64,000 nt of DNA from Stegostoma tigrinum (lineage: Eukaryota), in contig NC_081378.1 in NCBI RefSeq assembly GCF_030684315.1, positions 48,278,307 through 48,342,306 on the forward strand. The letters run 5' to 3'. Shown here piece by piece: positions 60,270 through 64,000 of the stretch. Made by a program: the position numbers and the translations under genes. Below the pieces are notes generated by a model. That model searched no databases. It saw nothing but the letters and a program-made list of their open reading frames with translations, and was not told where the DNA came from. Numbering within the stretch: the first letter of the stretch is position 1; each line of letters starts with the position of its first letter.

Positions 60270-61722
60270 GTGTGGAAGTGGCAGGGAACTGGGACTAGAT
60301 GACATGTTGTGGAATCTGACACCCTGTGGAAATGGACACCTTAGTAACTACATGAATGTTGCTTGTGACTGTTAGATTTTAAAAACACTTCATTTTTTTT
60401 CTACTGTCATTATTTTTGTGCAAAGAATGGAAGTTTCAGATGAATAAGGATTAAAGAAACTTTTTAATACATTAGTGCTTGCAAATTGCAACAGTCCATA
60501 TTAACTTTGGAAAAATAATAAGGAAAAAAAAAACTCCATGACAGCCATTGCAATAGTCACATTCTTTACTTCTCTCCTCCCTGAGAAGTCAAAGTAGCAG
60601 CTTGAGTACCAATATTTAAAAAAAAAAGTGTAGAAAAAGAGCAGTGTCCTGAGTTGTTTTCACATGATGTCAGGACAGGCTATTCGCTAATGCTTCTAAT
60701 GTTCACCTCCGTTGCCTGTGAAATTACAAATGAAGCATATTCAAAAGTATTGACAAAGCCCCTGGTTTTGGCTGATATGGTGGGGAATATTTGCCAAGCA
60801 ATGATAAAAGGTATTAACTTGGTTAAAAGGATCTTTTCATTTCAGCACAACAAATGCCAGTCTTCCATCTAGCCTTTGACTTAATGAATGCTTTCTTAAC
60901 ATGACACTTGAGCACCAATCATCCCATACCTTCAACAAAGCATCTTAGACATTGGAGAAAAGGGACTGGACAGACTAGCCTGTCAGTTGTTTCAGGGAGG
61001 CTGGATAAGAAAATAGAAGAAAAAAGAAGGAACAAGGATAGAGAAAATATTCCAAGAGTTTGGTAGCAAGAAAGCTGAAAGCTTCTCCAAGGAGGCAAAG
61101 CTGGAATCATTCTGTATTATAGGAGGATAAAACAGGGTTTCAAGCCTTGCTGCATATTTAACAGAACATGCAATCTAGTACCAACTGAGTTGCTAGGGAC
61201 GAGGGAGTTAAACAGAACAATGGTAGAAAGTGAAAACCCCTTCCATCCAGGCTGTCCAGTACAGTTGTTTTGCAAAGCACCCTTCTAGAAGAGGTGAGAT
61301 AAAAATTAAAATCACAGGCCCAGTGGGAAGACAGATTTGGGAATTTCATTTCAGATTTCAACTTGAGCAACTGAAACTGACCCAGGAAGAGATTGCACTG
61401 GCCTGAATAAGGAATTTAGAATTGTGAATCATTGTCACCGTAGTTGGAGCATTTCCCCCCCCCCCCTTGCAAAAAGAACCACCCAACATTGATAGAGACT
61501 GTGGTCCTCCCTCGCCTACTTATTTGGAAGTTCTCAACCGAATTCCTCTATTCATCTCAAATACAGATTATTTCAAAGTTTTGAAAAGTTTTTTAAAAAG
61601 TGGATGAAAATCCCTTAACTAAATGAGGGAACAGCATGTAAAAGATACTTATTGATTTATTTTAAAAAACAACTTTAAAATACATTTCCCTGGACTAAAA
61701 GATGAACATTTTATCTTAAAAG

Positions 61723-61935
61723 TTGCTGTACCTTGGCAAAGAATATCCAAAAGGAGAAGACTACTTCAGAGATCGTCTTAAGGCAGCTTTCATTAAAAAT
61801 AAAGACATTACAGATCCTGAACAAATCAAGGCATTAATAGCTCGAGGAGAGTTTGTGATAAAGGAACTGGAGGCACTGTATTATCTTAGGAAATACAGAG
61901 CTATGAAACAGCGTTATTATGAGAAGAATGAATGA
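61723..61935 (+). CDS. ETFRF1: ETFRF1/LYRM5 last coding exon ([11 protein letters not shown]...[17 protein letters not shown])
   Basis: AG acceptor at 61721-61722, phase 0; highly similar to LYRM5; spliced product is 85 aa. Confidence 0.97.
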   Translation: MLYLGKEYPKGEDYFRDRLKAAFIKNKDITDPEQIKALIARGEFVIKELEALYYLRKYRAMKQRYYEKNE

Positions 61936-62361
61936 CCTTATGATGGGGGCAACTTTAACACCTCAATTTGAAGACATGCAGAATGTATCACTTTACAAGT
62001 ATGGCTCTGGGATTTGGCCAAATCCTCCACATCTAGATGCATGTCTTAAAATGCTGTTTAAATTGGTTAATTAAGAATGGAACTTTTAAGAAGCCATTGC
62101 TAGGGAGTGTTCCAACAATATCTCTGTAATACAAGTACTAATGCTGGTCAGTATTCATTCAATCAGATCTTGCTATAATAGCATAATCAGCATGGAACTT
62201 GCTCAATCACTGCAACTAGTGGATATGCCAGTCAAAATCCCAAACAGATTTAAGAATGTTGGCCTTTGATCAAGATTATTGCTGCCCAATTGTGCCATGA
62301 TCGTACTAAAATGAGATCCATACTTTTGGGGTAAACCAGTTTTAAAGTGTGCCTTTCAATT

Positions 62362-62449
62362 AATAAACAGTTACAATGCAAATGCTGAAAACCATGCAAC
62401 AGTTGCAGTTTTAGGCAACTGTAATGTGTTGTAAAGTGATAATAATAAA
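62362..62449 (+). terminator. Candidate ETFRF1 polyadenylation signals
   Basis: AATAAA at 62362-62367 and 62444-62449, about 430-510 nt after the stop, with GT-rich sequence downstream. Confidence 0.45.
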
Positions 62450-62689
62450 ACACTGGTGCAAAGAAGTTTGCAGACAATACAGGAGGTGTATTTTGTTTTA
62501 CTTCTGCCTGGATTAGTGTTTGTAACACACTAGATACACGTGTATTAAATCACTGCTGAAAAGTATCAATTTGCAAAAAATTCAAGAACTTCATAGCAAT
62601 ATTTGGTCAGCATTCAGCTGCTATAAGTTGAGAAAAAATTTCAAGTGTACTAGCTTTGTGATTTGTGCATAAGTAGACTCGAGTCCTTG

Positions 62690-63495
62690 ATTGTTTTTCT
62701 CCTCTGCAAAAAGAACTTCACATTTCCCACATTGTACTCTATTTGCCAACGTTTAAACCCAGTTTACAGAAAGTGATAAGTTGTTTGTAACTCTTACAAA
62801 CTGTTTTTCCACCAACTTCTCATCTGCAAATCTGGCTATAGTTCATTCAATTTCTCCAAGCCACTTAATACTTGGTAAAAATTATGCACATCTCTTATAA
62901 ATGATTGATGTTTCCATGTATTAAGCATTAAAAGAAGCAAATTCTCAGTATCACTATGTTTAATAGGCAAACAGAATGAAATGGAGGTTTCAGTTATGAC
63001 CTTAGTGAATGGTGGACGCTGCTGTGCCTGCTTGGGATGCAGACAGGAAAATCAATGTTGCATCTCCATCTTGAAATGAAGACCCAGTAGTCTGAACTGG
63101 TGACCCAGTTCTAGATTTCCCCATAAAGGGGGAAAACATCTTCAGCATCTAACCTGTTAAAGTATCCACAGAATCCCACAGGTTTCAATAAAGCTTTTTG
63201 TAAACCAACATCTTCATCCTAACTTCCTAAAGGTTCCTCCTAATAACCAAAAAAAAACTGCAGCGTAGGTACACAGTCTCACTAATGTCTGAATTTTATT
63301 TAAATCATTGCGTTTGCAGTGAAGATCAACATTTCATTCACCTAATTACTGGATGTATGTGCATGCTAATTGTGTGGGGGTGTACAAAGACCCCTAGTTC
63401 CTTTTGTACAGCAGAATTCTGCTGTTTCCACGCAAGTAATATTCTGCTTTTCTCCTCCTACTGCCAAAGTGTAGACAGTCTGACTTTCTCTGCCA
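62690..63495 (-). mobile_element. Fragmented CR1-type LINE pieces
   Basis: 'cacatttcccacattgtactc', 'catctgcaaa', 'acccctagttccttttgtac' CR1 RT-region remnants. Confidence 0.55.
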
Positions 63496-64000
63496 CAGCC
63501 TGCATCCTGCAGCTGGCTAGCCATCAGGTACTGGAGATGTGAGAGCCTTTGTTCCCATTAGATTTCACCTGTAGTAATTCTGATAAGTTCCTCTTTTGCT
63601 CTGCTGGTATCATTGGCCATTTTTTAAAAAAAAAAGCAGAACTAATGTATTGACACTTTAATTACAAATTAAAACTAAATTCAGTACATTTATGTTCAAA
63701 CATTGATATTGAGACAACAGATTCAAACAAAAAGTGACATTACCACACATATACATCAAGCTATTCAATAATGCTTGATAAAAATGACTGATCCTTGATA
63801 CATAAAGGACCAAGTATAAATAAAATTCTATTTTCAATTTTGGATTTGTAAATAACGTGTGGATGGCCAATCTATATGTAGCCTACCATTCACGCAGATA
63901 GTTATTCATTCAACAAGCCGAGTTTAGTACTCTTAAGTGCACCCTTTTCAACACTGCTGAATGTCAGTTTTAAGATTCACAGGCTGTTAAGCACCATGCT

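Overview
Vertebrate nuclear DNA, very probably from a shark (inferred from HE1-type V-SINEs, Deu-domain SINEs and abundant CR1/Penelope-like elements). Two genes lie head-to-head across a small CpG island (~56560-56900). On the minus strand is DNAI7/CASC1 (axonemal dynein intermediate chain 7): 10 coding exons reconstructed from 56583 down to ~10500 with consistent splice phases, and the 3' part lies beyond the left edge. On the plus strand is ETFRF1/LYRM5 (85 aa; coding exons 59119-59163 and 61723-61935). The shared promoter has RFX X-box-like and forkhead motifs. Most intronic sequence is nested retrotransposons. The most striking repeat class is Penelope-like elements (PLEs) and short fold-back derivatives carrying inverted, mostly degenerate minimal hammerhead-ribozyme motifs, many flanked by 8-15 bp target-site duplications. 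Also present is an apparently ORF1-less APE-RT LINE whose 5' end is a tRNA-like SINE head shared with short head+tail elements. No rRNA, real tRNA genes or CRISPR arrays were found. Gene and repeat names rest on recalled similarity, not database searches.
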